Shown: piece by piece, positions 35,946-45,719 of the stretch | How the letters are laid out: each line of letters starts with the position of its first letter | Numbering within the stretch: position 1 is the first letter of the stretch | Assembly (NCBI GenBank): GCA_963847375.1 | Contig: CAWJZO010000001.1 | Span: 1,008,843 to 1,072,842, forward strand | Length of the DNA: 64,000 nucleotides | Reading direction: 5' to 3' | Source: an uncultured Chloroflexia bacterium | GTDB taxonomy: Bacteria; Chloroflexota; Limnocylindria; QHBO01 | Notes under the pieces: generated by a model | What the model saw: the letters and a program-made list of their open reading frames with translations, nothing else | Database searches by the model: none | Told to the model about the DNA's origin: nothing | Program-made: the position numbers and the translations under genes

Positions 35946-36862
35946 CGACCGATCCCCAGCAGGCGACCACGACGTGCCCTCTCCGATGCTGCCGAGACCG
36001 AGGCGGCGTAGCGGCGGTCGCGCTCGCGTGAGATGAGCCAGTCGGTGAAGCGAGCGAGCGGGATGGTCACAGCCAGGAAGACGAGCGCGGTGACCAGGAA
36101 CGGGGTGAAGTTGAAGGTTGCCTGCTGGCGGATGACCGTCTGGCGGAAGATCTCCACGACACCGATGAAGGAGACGAGCACGGTGTCCTTCTGGAGGCCG
36201 ATGAAGTCGTTGAGCAGCGGCGGGATCACCCGGCGCACGGCCTGCGGCAGGACGACATGGCGGAGCGCCTGTCCATGGGTCAGGCCGAGCGAGCGGGCGG
36301 CGGCCGCCTGGCTGGGGTGAACCGAGTCGATCCCGGCGCGGTACACCTCGGAGACGTATGCCGAGTAGAGGAGCGTGAGTGCGACGACGGCCCAGAAGAA
36401 CGGGTCGTTCGGGACGCCCGGCAGGCGCAGCCCGGGGATCCCGAAGCCGAGAACGTAGATGACCAGGATGCCGGGGAGCGCGCGGAAGAGGTCGACGTAG
36501 ATCGTCGCCATCAGCCTCAGCGGGAAGAGGACCGGGCCGGGCAGGCTGCGCATCACCGCGAGCACGAGCCCAAACCCGAGGATGAGCACCTCGGCGGTGA
36601 GGAAGAGGGCGACATTGACCCAGAACTTGCCGACGATCCCCGGCGCCGACACGGCGAAGTTCTCCCAGTCCAGGAACGCGCTCTGGACGCGCTCCCAGCC
36701 CGGCGCATTCACGATGATCACTGCCAGGACGGCAAAGAAGATCGCCGTCGAGATGGCCGCGACGAGCAGCGCCCCACCGCGCGTCCGAAGCCGGGGTCGC
36801 CGCCTGCGGCCCGGCGCCGTCGGCGGCAGCTCCCCGGAGGTCTGGTCGAGCGGCCCGGTCAA
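35942..36862 (-). CDS. Amino acid ABC transporter permease (His/Glu/Gln/Arg/opine family)
   Basis: The EAA-loop region is SQAAAARSLGLTHGQALRHVVLPQA, with five TM helices. The start appears to be TTG at 36862 and is uncertain. Confidence 0.85.
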   Translation of the reverse strand: MTGPLDQTSGELPPTAPGRRRRPRLRTRGGALLVAAISTAIFFAVLAVIIVNAPGWERVQSAFLDWENFAVSAPGIVGKFWVNVALFLTAEVLILGFGLVLAVMRSLPGPVLFPLRLMATIYVDLFRALPGILVIYVLGFGIPGLRLPGVPNDPFFWAVVALTLLYSAYVSEVYRAGIDSVHPSQAAAARSLGLTHGQALRHVVLPQAVRRVIPPLLNDFIGLQKDTVLVSFIGVVEIFRQTVIRQQATFNFTPFLVTALVFLAVTIPLARFTDWLISRERDRRYAASVSAASERARRGRLLGIGR

Positions 36863-36874
36863 GGCCCGCGGCCG

Positions 36875-37864
36875 CTACTCGGTGATCTGCGGTGCGTCGA
36901 CGAAGTCGGCCAGCCACTCCGCGGCGATCGAGTCGAGCTCGCCGTTCTCGCCCATCGTCAGGATCGCCTCGTTCACGCAGTCGGTGAGCGGGCTGTCCAG
37001 GTCGAGGACGAAGCTGAAATGCTCCTGGTCGACCGGGTCCGACGGGAACTGGCCGACGACCACGCCGTCCTCCATCTCGACGTTCACGATGAAGAACGCG
37101 GTGGCCAGGTCGAAGACACCGCCATCGATCTGGTCCGCCTCGAGCGCCGACTTCACGCCGGTGTTGTCCTCGTAGACGCGCGCCTCCTCGGTGGGCTGGA
37201 TCCGCTCCTCGATGTAGGTGAGGCTGGTCGTGTTGCCCGCGGCGCCAAGGCGGAACTCGGCGACCTCCGCCAGGGTCGTGGCGTCCGCCAGCGCATTGGC
37301 CGACGTGGTCACGAGCGCCTGGTTGCTGAAGAAGTAACCCTCGCTCAGGTCGACGGCCTCCGTGCGCTCCTCGGTGAAGGAGACTTGCGCCAGGTAGACG
37401 TCGAAGTCCTTCGGGCCCGGCGCGATCGAGTTGTTGAACGGCACCGGGATCCAGGTCACCTGGTCCTCGCTGAAGCCGAGCTGCTCGGCCAGCGCGTACG
37501 CGATCGCGCTCTCGAAGCCGCGCCCGTTGGTCGGATCGCCGAACTCCCACGGGTCGGTGGCTTCCTCGCCCTCGGCCGGCTCACTGAAGTACGGCGGAAA
37601 AGCCGGGTTGTCGGTGCCCACGGTGAACGTGCCCGGCGTCTTCGTGGCGAGCTCCTCCGTCGCGCACCCGGTGGCGGTCCCCTCGGTTGCCGAGGGGGAG
37701 GCGCTCGCGGCGACGCTCGCCGTGGCGCTCGCGCTTGCAGTGGCCGATGCGCTGGGCGAGGCCGAGGCGCCTTCGTCCTCGGGCCGGAAGACGAAGAAGA
37801 TGAGCAGGATCGCGACGAGCGCAATGCCGGCAATTGCCAGGGTGGCGCGGGTCATGGTGGACAT
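36875..37864 (-). CDS. Amino acid ABC transporter substrate-binding protein
   Basis: A signal anchor and an Ala/Ser linker are followed by a type-3 SBP fold (FTVGTDNPAFPPYF, DFDVYLAQVS). Confidence 0.85.
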   Translation of the reverse strand: MSTMTRATLAIAGIALVAILLIFFVFRPEDEGASASPSASATASASATASVAASASPSATEGTATGCATEELATKTPGTFTVGTDNPAFPPYFSEPAEGEEATDPWEFGDPTNGRGFESAIAYALAEQLGFSEDQVTWIPVPFNNSIAPGPKDFDVYLAQVSFTEERTEAVDLSEGYFFSNQALVTTSANALADATTLAEVAEFRLGAAGNTTSLTYIEERIQPTEEARVYEDNTGVKSALEADQIDGGVFDLATAFFIVNVEMEDGVVVGQFPSDPVDQEHFSFVLDLDSPLTDCVNEAILTMGENGELDSIAAEWLADFVDAPQITE

Positions 37865-37931
37865 CGAGGAACCGCTCCGGTGCGTGCTGTCGACAGAGCG
37901 TGAGTGTATCCGGTGGGGAAAGGGGCCTTCG

Positions 37932-38759
37932 TCAGGGCCGCTCGAGTGAGACCGGCGTCCCAGTCAGCGCGCCGGTGTGCGACGCCAGGTCGCCCTGGTT
38001 CATCGCCAGCGCCAGGTCGCCGCTGGAATCGACGTAGAGCGCGGTCTCGGCTTCGGCGACGTGCCCGAAGCTCGGGACGAATGCCACCTCCTCGAGGTCG
38101 ACGGCGCCGACCCGCGCGATGAGCCGACGAGCATCGAGCCCACCGAACGCGGCGGCCAGGTCGTCGGGGCCGCCCGCCAGGCGGAGGTTGCCGAAGCTGT
38201 CCACGTAGGTCACCTCGGTTTCGAGGAGTCCATCCCTCGCCCGCGGTCGAGGAGCCGTGAGCCGGACGACGCCGGTGACGGGGATCTCCGTGCCGACGTC
38301 GTCGAACGACGCGTCGCCGGCGACGAGGTGCGCGGCCACCGGAGCGAAGAGGTCGCGCCCGTGGAATGTGGAGCTGACCGCCGGCCGCCACAGGACGCGG
38401 TTCGTGAGCTCGCGGGCCTCGACTGCACCCCCGAGCGCGTCCGCCGCCGGCGGCAGGATGCCGTTGTCCGGGCCGACGAGGACGTCGCCGCGCGCGACGC
38501 GGATGGCGATCGGCCGTCGGGCGGTTCCGACTCCGGGATCCACGACGCCGACGTGAACGCCGACGGGGAGGTAGGGGAGCGTGGCTCGGAGAACGAAGGC
38601 ACCGTCGCGGACGGCGTACTTCCGGACCGTGTGGCTCACGTCGATGATCTGGGCGTCCGGGCAGATCGAGAGCATGACGCCACGGCACGCAGCCGCCGCG
38701 CCGTCGAGCCCGAAGTCGGTCAGGAAGCCGATGACCGGCGGGCGCTCACCCAATCCCAT
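37932..38759 (-). CDS. SAM hydroxide adenosyltransferase / SAM hydrolase family (DUF62)
   Basis: IGFLTDFG..........CRGVM..I.P.A.I.DVSH.V and VGVVDPGVGT.RRPIA match the family. Confidence 0.85.
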   Translation of the reverse strand: MGLGERPPVIGFLTDFGLDGAAAACRGVMLSICPDAQIIDVSHTVRKYAVRDGAFVLRATLPYLPVGVHVGVVDPGVGTARRPIAIRVARGDVLVGPDNGILPPAADALGGAVEARELTNRVLWRPAVSSTFHGRDLFAPVAAHLVAGDASFDDVGTEIPVTGVVRLTAPRPRARDGLLETEVTYVDSFGNLRLAGGPDDLAAAFGGLDARRLIARVGAVDLEEVAFVPSFGHVAEAETALYVDSSGDLALAMNQGDLASHTGALTGTPVSLERP

Positions 38760-38776
38760 CGGGGCATGCTACGGGT

Positions 38777-40294
38777 TCAGGCCAGCGTCACCGTCTCGCG
38801 GTGCTTCGCGACGTGGGCGCCCATGCCCAGCCCGGCCCGGATTCGTCCCGCGAAGGCCTCGGCGGCGTCGGGGTCGCCGTGGACGATGAACGCCGACTTC
38901 GGCCGACCGTCGGTCCCGGTCCCAGCGCGTCCGAAGTGCGCGAGCCAGGCCTCAAGCTCGTGCTGGTCGGCGTGGGCGCTGAAGCCGCTCACCGAACGGA
39001 CGCGGCAGCGGACCGGGTACTCCTGTCCGTCGATCCGCGCCGCCTTGCCACCCTCCTGGAGGTGACGCCCGAGCGTGCCCTCGCCCTGGTAGCCGATGAA
39101 CAGCAGCGTGCACTTCGGGTCGGGGAGGAAGTCCTTGAGGTGGTGCATGATCCGGCCGCCGGTGAGCATCCCCGAGCTGGCGACGACCATGATCGGCCGG
39201 TTGGCATGCCGGATCGCCTTCGACTCCTCGACCGAATCGGTGAACTGCTGGCCGGGATACTTCAGTGGTGAGTCGCCCGAGCGCAGGAGCTCCGCGGTCT
39301 CCTCATCGTAGGTCTCCGGGTGGTCGTGGTAGACCACCGTCGCCTTCGACGCCATCGGTGAGTCGAGGTACAGCGGCACCCGCGGGATGCGCCCGGACCG
39401 CACGAGGTCGTCGAGGACCCAGATCACCTCCTGCGTGCGACCGATGGCGAACGCAGGGATCAGCAGCACGCCCTCGTCGGCGGCAACCTCGCCGATGGCG
39501 GTCACCAGCTGCTCGATGGCCTCCTCGTGCGGGCCGTGCTCGCGGTTACCGTACGTCGACTCGACCACGACGTAGTCGGCGTGGGTGAGCGGGGTGGGGT
39601 CGCGGACGATCGGCGTGTCTGTGCGGCCGAGGTCGCCCGAGAAGACCAGCGTGCGGCGAGCATCGCCATCGGTCAGGCGCAGCTCGATGATCGCCGAGCC
39701 GAGGATGTGGCCCGCGTCGTGGAACACGGCGGTGATGCCGCTGGCGACGGACACTTCGTCGCCGTAGTCGCAGCCGCGCGTCTGGGACATCGCACGGTCG
39801 ACGTCGTGCTCGTCGTACAGCGGCTCGCGGGTCTCGGTGCGGCCCTCGGGCCGGGCCTTGCGCAGCCGCTCGGGGAACGTCTCGTCGTCGGTCTCCGCCG
39901 CGGCGGCTTCGGTCTCCGTCTCGGCGGCCAGCTCGGCCTTCTTCGCGTGATGGCGATTCCAGCGGTTGGCAAACTCGGTCTGGAGCTTGGCCGAGTCGCG
40001 CAGGACGATCTCGGACAGATCCACGGTGGCGCGCGTGGCGTGGATCGGTCCGTCGAAGCCCGCTCGGGTCAACGCGGGGAGGCGGCCGCAATGGTCGAGA
40101 TGGGCGTGGGTCAGCAGGACGGAGTCGAGCGTGGCCGGCTCGAAGGCGAACGGGATCCGGTTGCGCGCGGTCTCCTCGGGCGAGCCCTGGAACATCCCGC
40201 AATCGACGAGCACGCGCCGGTCGCCGACGGTGACGAGGAACTGCGAGCCGGTGACGCAGCCGGCGGCTCCGAGGAACTGAATCGTGATCGCCAC
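38777..40294 (-). CDS. MBL-fold beta-CASP nuclease (RNA-metabolising metallo-beta-lactamase, TTHA0252-like) with an acidic insertion
   Basis: IQFLGAAGCVTGSQFLV....RRVLVDCGMFQG, THAHLDHCGRLP and the C-terminal SGFSAHAD motif are present. I chose the GTG at 40294. The ATG at 40393 would leave only 6 nt to the divergent ligase start. Confidence 0.8.
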   Translation of the reverse strand: MAITIQFLGAAGCVTGSQFLVTVGDRRVLVDCGMFQGSPEETARNRIPFAFEPATLDSVLLTHAHLDHCGRLPALTRAGFDGPIHATRATVDLSEIVLRDSAKLQTEFANRWNRHHAKKAELAAETETEAAAAETDDETFPERLRKARPEGRTETREPLYDEHDVDRAMSQTRGCDYGDEVSVASGITAVFHDAGHILGSAIIELRLTDGDARRTLVFSGDLGRTDTPIVRDPTPLTHADYVVVESTYGNREHGPHEEAIEQLVTAIGEVAADEGVLLIPAFAIGRTQEVIWVLDDLVRSGRIPRVPLYLDSPMASKATVVYHDHPETYDEETAELLRSGDSPLKYPGQQFTDSVEESKAIRHANRPIMVVASSGMLTGGRIMHHLKDFLPDPKCTLLFIGYQGEGTLGRHLQEGGKAARIDGQEYPVRCRVRSVSGFSAHADQHELEAWLAHFGRAGTGTDGRPKSAFIVHGDPDAAEAFAGRIRAGLGMGAHVAKHRETVTLA

Positions 40295-40399
40295 GGTCGC
40301 CGAGTATCGCAAGATCCGTGCGCCCGAGTCACGATCGCTTGCCGAACGGGTGCGGCGGCCATGGACCTCGGATGCCGCACATGCCGATATCATCGGCTC

Positions 40400-41491
40400 A
40401 TGTCCCTTCCCTTCGACCCGCCGCTGGAGCCGATGCTGGCCAAGCCGACGCCGGAGATCCCGACCGGTGATGGGTGGACCTACGAGCCGAAGTGGGACGG
40501 CTTCCGGGCGCTCGCGTTCCGCGATGGGCCGAGCGTCTACCTCCAGTCGCGCGACCGTAAGCCGCTGAACCGATACTTCCCCGAGCTCGACGAGCCGCTG
40601 CTGGCCCTCGCGGGGGCCGACGCGAGGTTCGTCGTGGACGGCGAGGTCGTCATCGCCCGCCCGGACGGCGGCCTCGACTTCGACTCCCTGCTCATCCGGA
40701 TCCACCCGGCCGAATCGCGAGTGCGGATGCTGGCCGAGGCCTCGCCCGCATCGTTCGTCGCCTTCGACTGCCTGGCCGATGGCGACGACGACCTGCGCGA
40801 CCGCCCGTTCACCGAGCGCCGCGCGCGTCTGGAGCGTCTGGCCGTCGACGCGCCCGCATCGGTCCACCTCACACCGTCGACCACCGACCCGGCGATGGCC
40901 CGCCGCTGGTTCGACGTCTTCGAGGGAGCCGGGCTGGACGGGGTGATCGCCAAGCGCGCCGACTCGGTGTACGAGCCGGGCAAGCGGACGATGGCGAAGA
41001 TCAAGCACGTCCGCACCGCCGACTGCGTGGTGGCGGGCTTCCGCTGGCACAAGAACGGGCCGGGGACGCTCATCGGCTCCCTGCTGCTGGGCCTCTGGAA
41101 CGCCGAGGGCCAGCTCCAGCATGTCGGCGTGACCTCGTCATTCACGATGGCCAGGCGCGCTGAGCTCGTCGAGTTCCTCGAGCCGTACCGCAGCGAAGCC
41201 ATGGACGACCATCCATGGCGCGAGTGGGCGCTGGCCGAGGCCGCGGCGGCCGAGCAGGGACGGCGCATGCCTGGCGCGACGTCGCGCTGGAACCGCGGCA
41301 AGGACCTGTCGTGGGAGCCGGTCCGCCCCGAGCTCGTGTGCGAGGTGGCATTCGACCATCTCCAGGGCGATCGGTTCCGCCATGCCGCCACCTTCCGGCG
41401 CTGGCGGCCGGATCGATCGACCGCCGACTGTCGCTACGACCAGCTCGAGGAGACACCGCCGGCCCTTCTGGCCGACCTGTTCGGGTCCTGA
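40400..41491 (+). CDS. ligC: ATP-dependent DNA ligase, ligase-domain-only (LigC-like)
   Basis: The adenylation motif I is YEPKWDGFR. The protein has an OB domain and is 363 aa, with no polymerase or phosphoesterase domains. Confidence 0.88.
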   Translation: MSLPFDPPLEPMLAKPTPEIPTGDGWTYEPKWDGFRALAFRDGPSVYLQSRDRKPLNRYFPELDEPLLALAGADARFVVDGEVVIARPDGGLDFDSLLIRIHPAESRVRMLAEASPASFVAFDCLADGDDDLRDRPFTERRARLERLAVDAPASVHLTPSTTDPAMARRWFDVFEGAGLDGVIAKRADSVYEPGKRTMAKIKHVRTADCVVAGFRWHKNGPGTLIGSLLLGLWNAEGQLQHVGVTSSFTMARRAELVEFLEPYRSEAMDDHPWREWALAEAAAAEQGRRMPGATSRWNRGKDLSWEPVRPELVCEVAFDHLQGDRFRHAATFRRWRPDRSTADCRYDQLEETPPALLADLFGS

Positions 41492-41550
41492 GCTGGCGGC
41501 GCTAGACTTGCGCCAGCTTGCCCAACGCGCTTTCAGGAGTGTGCCTACCC

Positions 41551-43236
41551 ATGTCCGTCGCCCTCGATCCGAATGCTGCCGTCAACGATCTCGCCGACCG
41601 GTTCTGGGAAGGGCTCCTCGAGCGTGACCCGATGTGGGCCACCGTGCTCGGCGACGAGCGCTACAACCACCGCTGGCCCGATCTCGGCCCGGACGGTCGT
41701 GCCGCGGAGGAGGCCGCCTTTCGCGCGGCGCTGGCCGATGCCCGAGAGATCCCGGTCGATGGCCTCGAGCCGGAGCAGATCATCACCCGCGACCTGCTGA
41801 TCCTTGTCTCCGAGAACCAGCTCGCCGCGCTGGATCAGAAGCAGTACCAGCTCGCGCTCGATCACATGTCCGGCCCCCAGGTGTGGCCGGCCGAGATGGC
41901 CCAATACCAGCCGGCCGATACGCCCGAGCGCGTCGAGAAGCTGCTCGAACGCTACGCCGGCTATCCCGAGCTGATCGAGCAGAACATCGGCACGCTCGAG
42001 GAGGGTGTGGCGGACGGGCGGACTGCGGCGATCACGCCGGTGCGCCGGGCAATCGAGCAGATCGAGCGACTGCTGGCCATGGCCCCGGTGGACCACCCGG
42101 CCGCGTCGATGGCGCAGGTCGGGGATGGCGAGCGCGATCGCCTCGTCGCGTCCGTCGAAGAGCACGTCTACCCGGCCCTGCGGCGGCTGCGCGACTACCT
42201 CGTGCAGGGCTACGAGCCACATGCTCGTCCGGAGCCCGGGCTGAGCACCACTCCCGGTGGCGAGGAGGCCTACCGCCTCGCGATCCGTACCCAGACGTCG
42301 CTCGACACGACCGCCGAGGAGGTCCACGCCTTCGGCCTCGCCGACCTCGAGGCGATCGAGGCCGAGAAGGACGAGATCGCGCGGAGACTTGCGCAGTCCG
42401 ACCGCCACGCACTGCGCGAGGCGCTGCTCGCCGACCCGTCCAACCACGCCGACGATCCCGACGTGATCGTGCAGCTGGCCCAGCAACAGACCGATCGCGC
42501 CTATGCCGAGGCGCCGAAGTACTTCGGCCGCCTGCCCAGCGCGAACTGCTACGTGAAGGCGGTCGAGGCCTACCGTGAGGCCGAGTCGCCGCCCGCGTTC
42601 TACATGCCGCCAACGCTCGACGGCAGCCGCCAGGCGCAGTACTACATCAACACCTACCATCCGGCCGAGCGCCAGCTCCACAAGATCGCGTCGATCACCT
42701 TCCACGAGGCCACGCCCGGCCATCACTTCCAGATCGGGATCGAGATGGAGCTGAAGGGCCTGCCCGCCTTCCGCACGCTCGGCGCCCGGCTCGCCGGCGG
42801 CGCCTATGTCGAGGGCTGGGGCCTGTATACCGAGCGCCTGGCCGATGAGATGGGCCTCTACGCCGACGACCGGGAGCGGCTCGGGATGCTGGACGCCCAG
42901 TCGTTCCGCGCCGCGCGCCTCGTCGTCGATTCCGGCATGCACGCGATGGGCTGGACTCGCCAGCGGGCGATCGACTTCATGCACGACCGCGGTTCATTGC
43001 CGATGGTGGACGCCGAGATCGAGGTCGACCGCTACACCGTCTGGCCGGCCCAAGCCCTCTCGTACAAGCTCGGCCAGCGCGAGATCGAGCGAGCCCGCGC
43101 CGCGGTCTCGCAGCAGATGGGAGACCGTTTCGACCTGCGCGCCTTCCACGACGAGGTGCTCGGCCATGGCTCGTTGCCGCTCGCGACCCTGACGCGCGAG
43201 ATCGGCACCTGGGTCGAGGCCGCCGTCAGCGCCTAG
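41551..43236 (+). CDS. DUF885-family protein (metallopeptidase-like HExxH)
   Basis: ITFHEATPGHHFQ and YVEGWGLYTE are conserved DUF885 motifs. The ATG at 41551 has CAGGAG 11 nt upstream. Confidence 0.85.
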   Translation: MSVALDPNAAVNDLADRFWEGLLERDPMWATVLGDERYNHRWPDLGPDGRAAEEAAFRAALADAREIPVDGLEPEQIITRDLLILVSENQLAALDQKQYQLALDHMSGPQVWPAEMAQYQPADTPERVEKLLERYAGYPELIEQNIGTLEEGVADGRTAAITPVRRAIEQIERLLAMAPVDHPAASMAQVGDGERDRLVASVEEHVYPALRRLRDYLVQGYEPHARPEPGLSTTPGGEEAYRLAIRTQTSLDTTAEEVHAFGLADLEAIEAEKDEIARRLAQSDRHALREALLADPSNHADDPDVIVQLAQQQTDRAYAEAPKYFGRLPSANCYVKAVEAYREAESPPAFYMPPTLDGSRQAQYYINTYHPAERQLHKIASITFHEATPGHHFQIGIEMELKGLPAFRTLGARLAGGAYVEGWGLYTERLADEMGLYADDRERLGMLDAQSFRAARLVVDSGMHAMGWTRQRAIDFMHDRGSLPMVDAEIEVDRYTVWPAQALSYKLGQREIERARAAVSQQMGDRFDLRAFHDEVLGHGSLPLATLTREIGTWVEAAVSA

Positions 43237-44627
43237 CTGCCACCCTCGGTCCAGGGGTCGTAGTCGGGATCGGGCGGCTCAGCGGCGGGGCGAAGCTCCT
43301 CTGGGACGTTGCGGAGGTTGACGCGGACCCGCCACCAGACCTTGTACCGCCCGCGCATCGCGTCCACGAGCAGGTCCTCGGGGTCGCGGACGTGGGTGGC
43401 GGCCTCGGGATGGCGAGCGCGCCAGCGGTCGAGGCCGGCGAGGGCGTCAGCCTTGTCGGCGGCCTGTGAGATGACGAGCAGGGGTTGCGTCGAGCGACGC
43501 CGGCCCGTGGGAGGGACCGTCCCGTCCGGGTTGCGCGCCGGCGCCGACGGCATCGACGGGGCGACCGAGCCCACCCGACCTCGTGGGGCCGAGGGATCGG
43601 TGGGAGCCACCTCGGAGGGATCGGGCATCCGGCGGCGAGAGGGCTGGACGCGCGGCGGTTCGCCGGGTTGCTTGGCGTAGTTCGGCGGCCACGGGGCGTC
43701 GCCCTGGCCCTCGGCCTCGTGGCGGGCAACGAGGTCAAGCAGGGGCTCCAGGATATGTGACACGGCGTCGATGCCGGCCCCGACGTCGCCGAGCCGTTCG
43801 TAGCGCGACGGGACGGTACGCAGCGTGAAGTCCTCGAGCTCGGCGTCGGCCACCTCGTCCCAGGTGAGTGGCGCGCTGACGGTGGCCGACGATCGCGGCC
43901 GGACCGAGTACACCGAGGCGACGGTGCGGTCCTTCGCATTCTGGTTGTAGTCGAGGAAGACGCCGTGGCGCTCCTCCTTCCACCACTTCGACGTCGCCAG
44001 GGCGGGAGTGCGACGCTCGACTTCGCGCGCCAGGGCCAGCGCCCCGCGACGGACCTCGGAGAACCCCCAGCGCGGCTCGAGCCGGACGTAGACGTGGATG
44101 CCTCGCGATCCCGACGTCTTCGGCCATGCCGTGTAGCCCAGCTCACTGAGCACCTCGCGCACGACGAGGGCCACGGATCGGACGTCGGCCCATGCGACCC
44201 CCGGGCCGGGGTCGAGGTCGACGCGCAGCTCGTCGGGGTGGTCGAGATCGCCCGAGCGGACCGGATGCGGGTTCAGGTCGATGCAGCCGAGGTTCACGAC
44301 CCACGCCAGCGCGGCCGGGTTGTCGACGACCACCTCGTCGGCGGTGCGGCCGGACGGGAACGACAGCTCGACGGTCCGCACGAAGGGCGGAACGGACTTC
44401 GGGGCGCGCTTCTGGAAGAATGCCTCTCCATCGGCGCCGTCGACGAAGCGCTTGAGGGCCATCGGTCGGTCGCGGACACCGACGAGGGCGCCGTCGGCCA
44501 CGGCGAGGTAGTAGCGGACGAGGTCGAGCTTGGTGATGCCCGTATCGGCGAAGAAGACCTTGCCGGGGTTGGAGATGGTGACCTCGTGCCCGTCGAGGGA
44601 GAGGGTCTCGGATTCGGCGCGTGCCAT
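43233..44627 (-). CDS. Stand-alone LigD-type primase-polymerase (Prim-Pol) with a ~120-aa C-terminal extension
   Basis: The AEP motifs DLDP, SGSRGIHVYV and FLDYNQN are present, with ~340 aa of core domain. The extra Pro/Arg-rich linker and the terminal segment ...YKVWWRVRVNL... follow the core. Confidence 0.88.
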   Translation of the reverse strand: MARAESETLSLDGHEVTISNPGKVFFADTGITKLDLVRYYLAVADGALVGVRDRPMALKRFVDGADGEAFFQKRAPKSVPPFVRTVELSFPSGRTADEVVVDNPAALAWVVNLGCIDLNPHPVRSGDLDHPDELRVDLDPGPGVAWADVRSVALVVREVLSELGYTAWPKTSGSRGIHVYVRLEPRWGFSEVRRGALALAREVERRTPALATSKWWKEERHGVFLDYNQNAKDRTVASVYSVRPRSSATVSAPLTWDEVADAELEDFTLRTVPSRYERLGDVGAGIDAVSHILEPLLDLVARHEAEGQGDAPWPPNYAKQPGEPPRVQPSRRRMPDPSEVAPTDPSAPRGRVGSVAPSMPSAPARNPDGTVPPTGRRRSTQPLLVISQAADKADALAGLDRWRARHPEAATHVRDPEDLLVDAMRGRYKVWWRVRVNLRNVPEELRPAAEPPDPDYDPWTEGGS

Positions 44628-44687
44628 CGGTCTAGAGGGTAGACGCTCCGCTCAAGCGGCACGCCGCATGCGCTCGCCGGGGGACCG

Positions 44688-45719
44688 ATGATGGACCGCG
44701 TGAAGCGCCTGATCAGTCGCCTCGATGCCTGGACCCTCCGGCATCGCCTGCCACGGATCACCCGACGGGCGATCTTCGGGTTCCTGGAGCACGAGGCCCA
44801 TACCCATGCGGGCAGCATGGCCTACTTCGGCGTGCTCTCGCTGTTCCAGCTCCTGGTGCTCGGCGTCGTGGTCCTCTCCCACATCCTGGGTGAGGGGGCG
44901 GCGCGCGACTTCGTCGTCGAACAGGTCGTGGCCGGAACCCCACTCGACGCGGAGACGGTGACCGGCGTGATCGACGCGACCATCGAGTCGCGCGGGACGC
45001 TGACGATCATCAGCTTCGCCTTCCTCGTCTGGGGCGCGCTCGGCATCTTCTCGTCGCTCTCGCGCGGCATCAGCCTGGCATTCGAGATGGTGCCGCAGCG
45101 ATCCTTCCTGCAGCAGCAGCTCCTCGGCCTGCTGCTCATGGGCCTCGCGGGCCTGCTGGCGCTGGCCTCCTTCGTCATCGGGATCGTCACCGGCGTCCTG
45201 CAGTCGGCCGCAACTGAACTCGCCATCGAGGTGCCGGGGCGCGAGACGGCGGTGTGGCTCATCGGCCTGCTGGCGCCGATCCTCCTGATCTTCGTCGCCT
45301 TCTGGGTCATCTACCGCGTCGTCCCGAATCGGCCGGTTACCTGGGGCGAAGTCCTCCCCGGCGCGATCGTGGCCACCCTGCTGTGGACCGTCCTGCGCGT
45401 CGGGTTCACGTGGTACGCGACCAGGATCGCCAACTACGACTCGGCCTTTGGGCCGTTGGCGGCCGGCATCACGTTTATCGTCTTCCTGTACTTCGCGAGC
45501 GTCATCGTTCTGCTCGGCGCCGAATTCGCCCGCGCCAGCGCCATCGACGATGACGTCGGCTACCTCGATCGGGCCGATCCGCGCCTCCTCCCGGTGCCGG
45601 TCAATCCCCTTCCGGCGCCCGCGCCGGCATCGGTCCAGCGGAAGATCCGATGGGTGCCCATCGCGCTCGCAGCCTTGCTCGGCGCGATCGCCGGCCGCCT
45701 GAGCGTGCGTGACGACTGA
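44688..45719 (+). CDS. YihY/BrkB family inner-membrane protein
   Basis: AGSMAYFGVLSLFQLLV is followed by 6 TM segments and LGAEF near the C-terminus. Confidence 0.85.
   Translation: MMDRVKRLISRLDAWTLRHRLPRITRRAIFGFLEHEAHTHAGSMAYFGVLSLFQLLVLGVVVLSHILGEGAARDFVVEQVVAGTPLDAETVTGVIDATIESRGTLTIISFAFLVWGALGIFSSLSRGISLAFEMVPQRSFLQQQLLGLLLMGLAGLLALASFVIGIVTGVLQSAATELAIEVPGRETAVWLIGLLAPILLIFVAFWVIYRVVPNRPVTWGEVLPGAIVATLLWTVLRVGFTWYATRIANYDSAFGPLAAGITFIVFLYFASVIVLLGAEFARASAIDDDVGYLDRADPRLLPVPVNPLPAPAPASVQRKIRWVPIALAALLGAIAGRLSVRDD

Noticed and set aside
38777-41122. The 781-aa version of the beta-CASP ORF, and similar long N-terminal extensions. Examples are 4818..6293 (acetamidase), 7306..8565 (LLM), 35190..37550 (ABC ATPase), 14007..15560, 56296..58308 and 39527..41491.
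   Set aside because: The extensions overlap upstream genes, lack coding-like composition, and family similarity begins only at the internal starts I chose. These starts are often marked by ATGA/GTGA coupling or an SD sequence.
43233-43236. The convergent DUF885 and Prim-Pol genes share their stop codons in the palindrome CTAG.
   Set aside because: The overlap is real but is a trivial consequence of tight packing. No hairpin or other signal is associated with it.
40400-44627. A classical NHEJ locus (Ku plus LigD).
   Set aside because: No Ku-like ORF is present in any frame of the window, and the ligase lacks fused polymerase or phosphoesterase domains. I therefore described it as a LigC/Prim-Pol-type pair instead.
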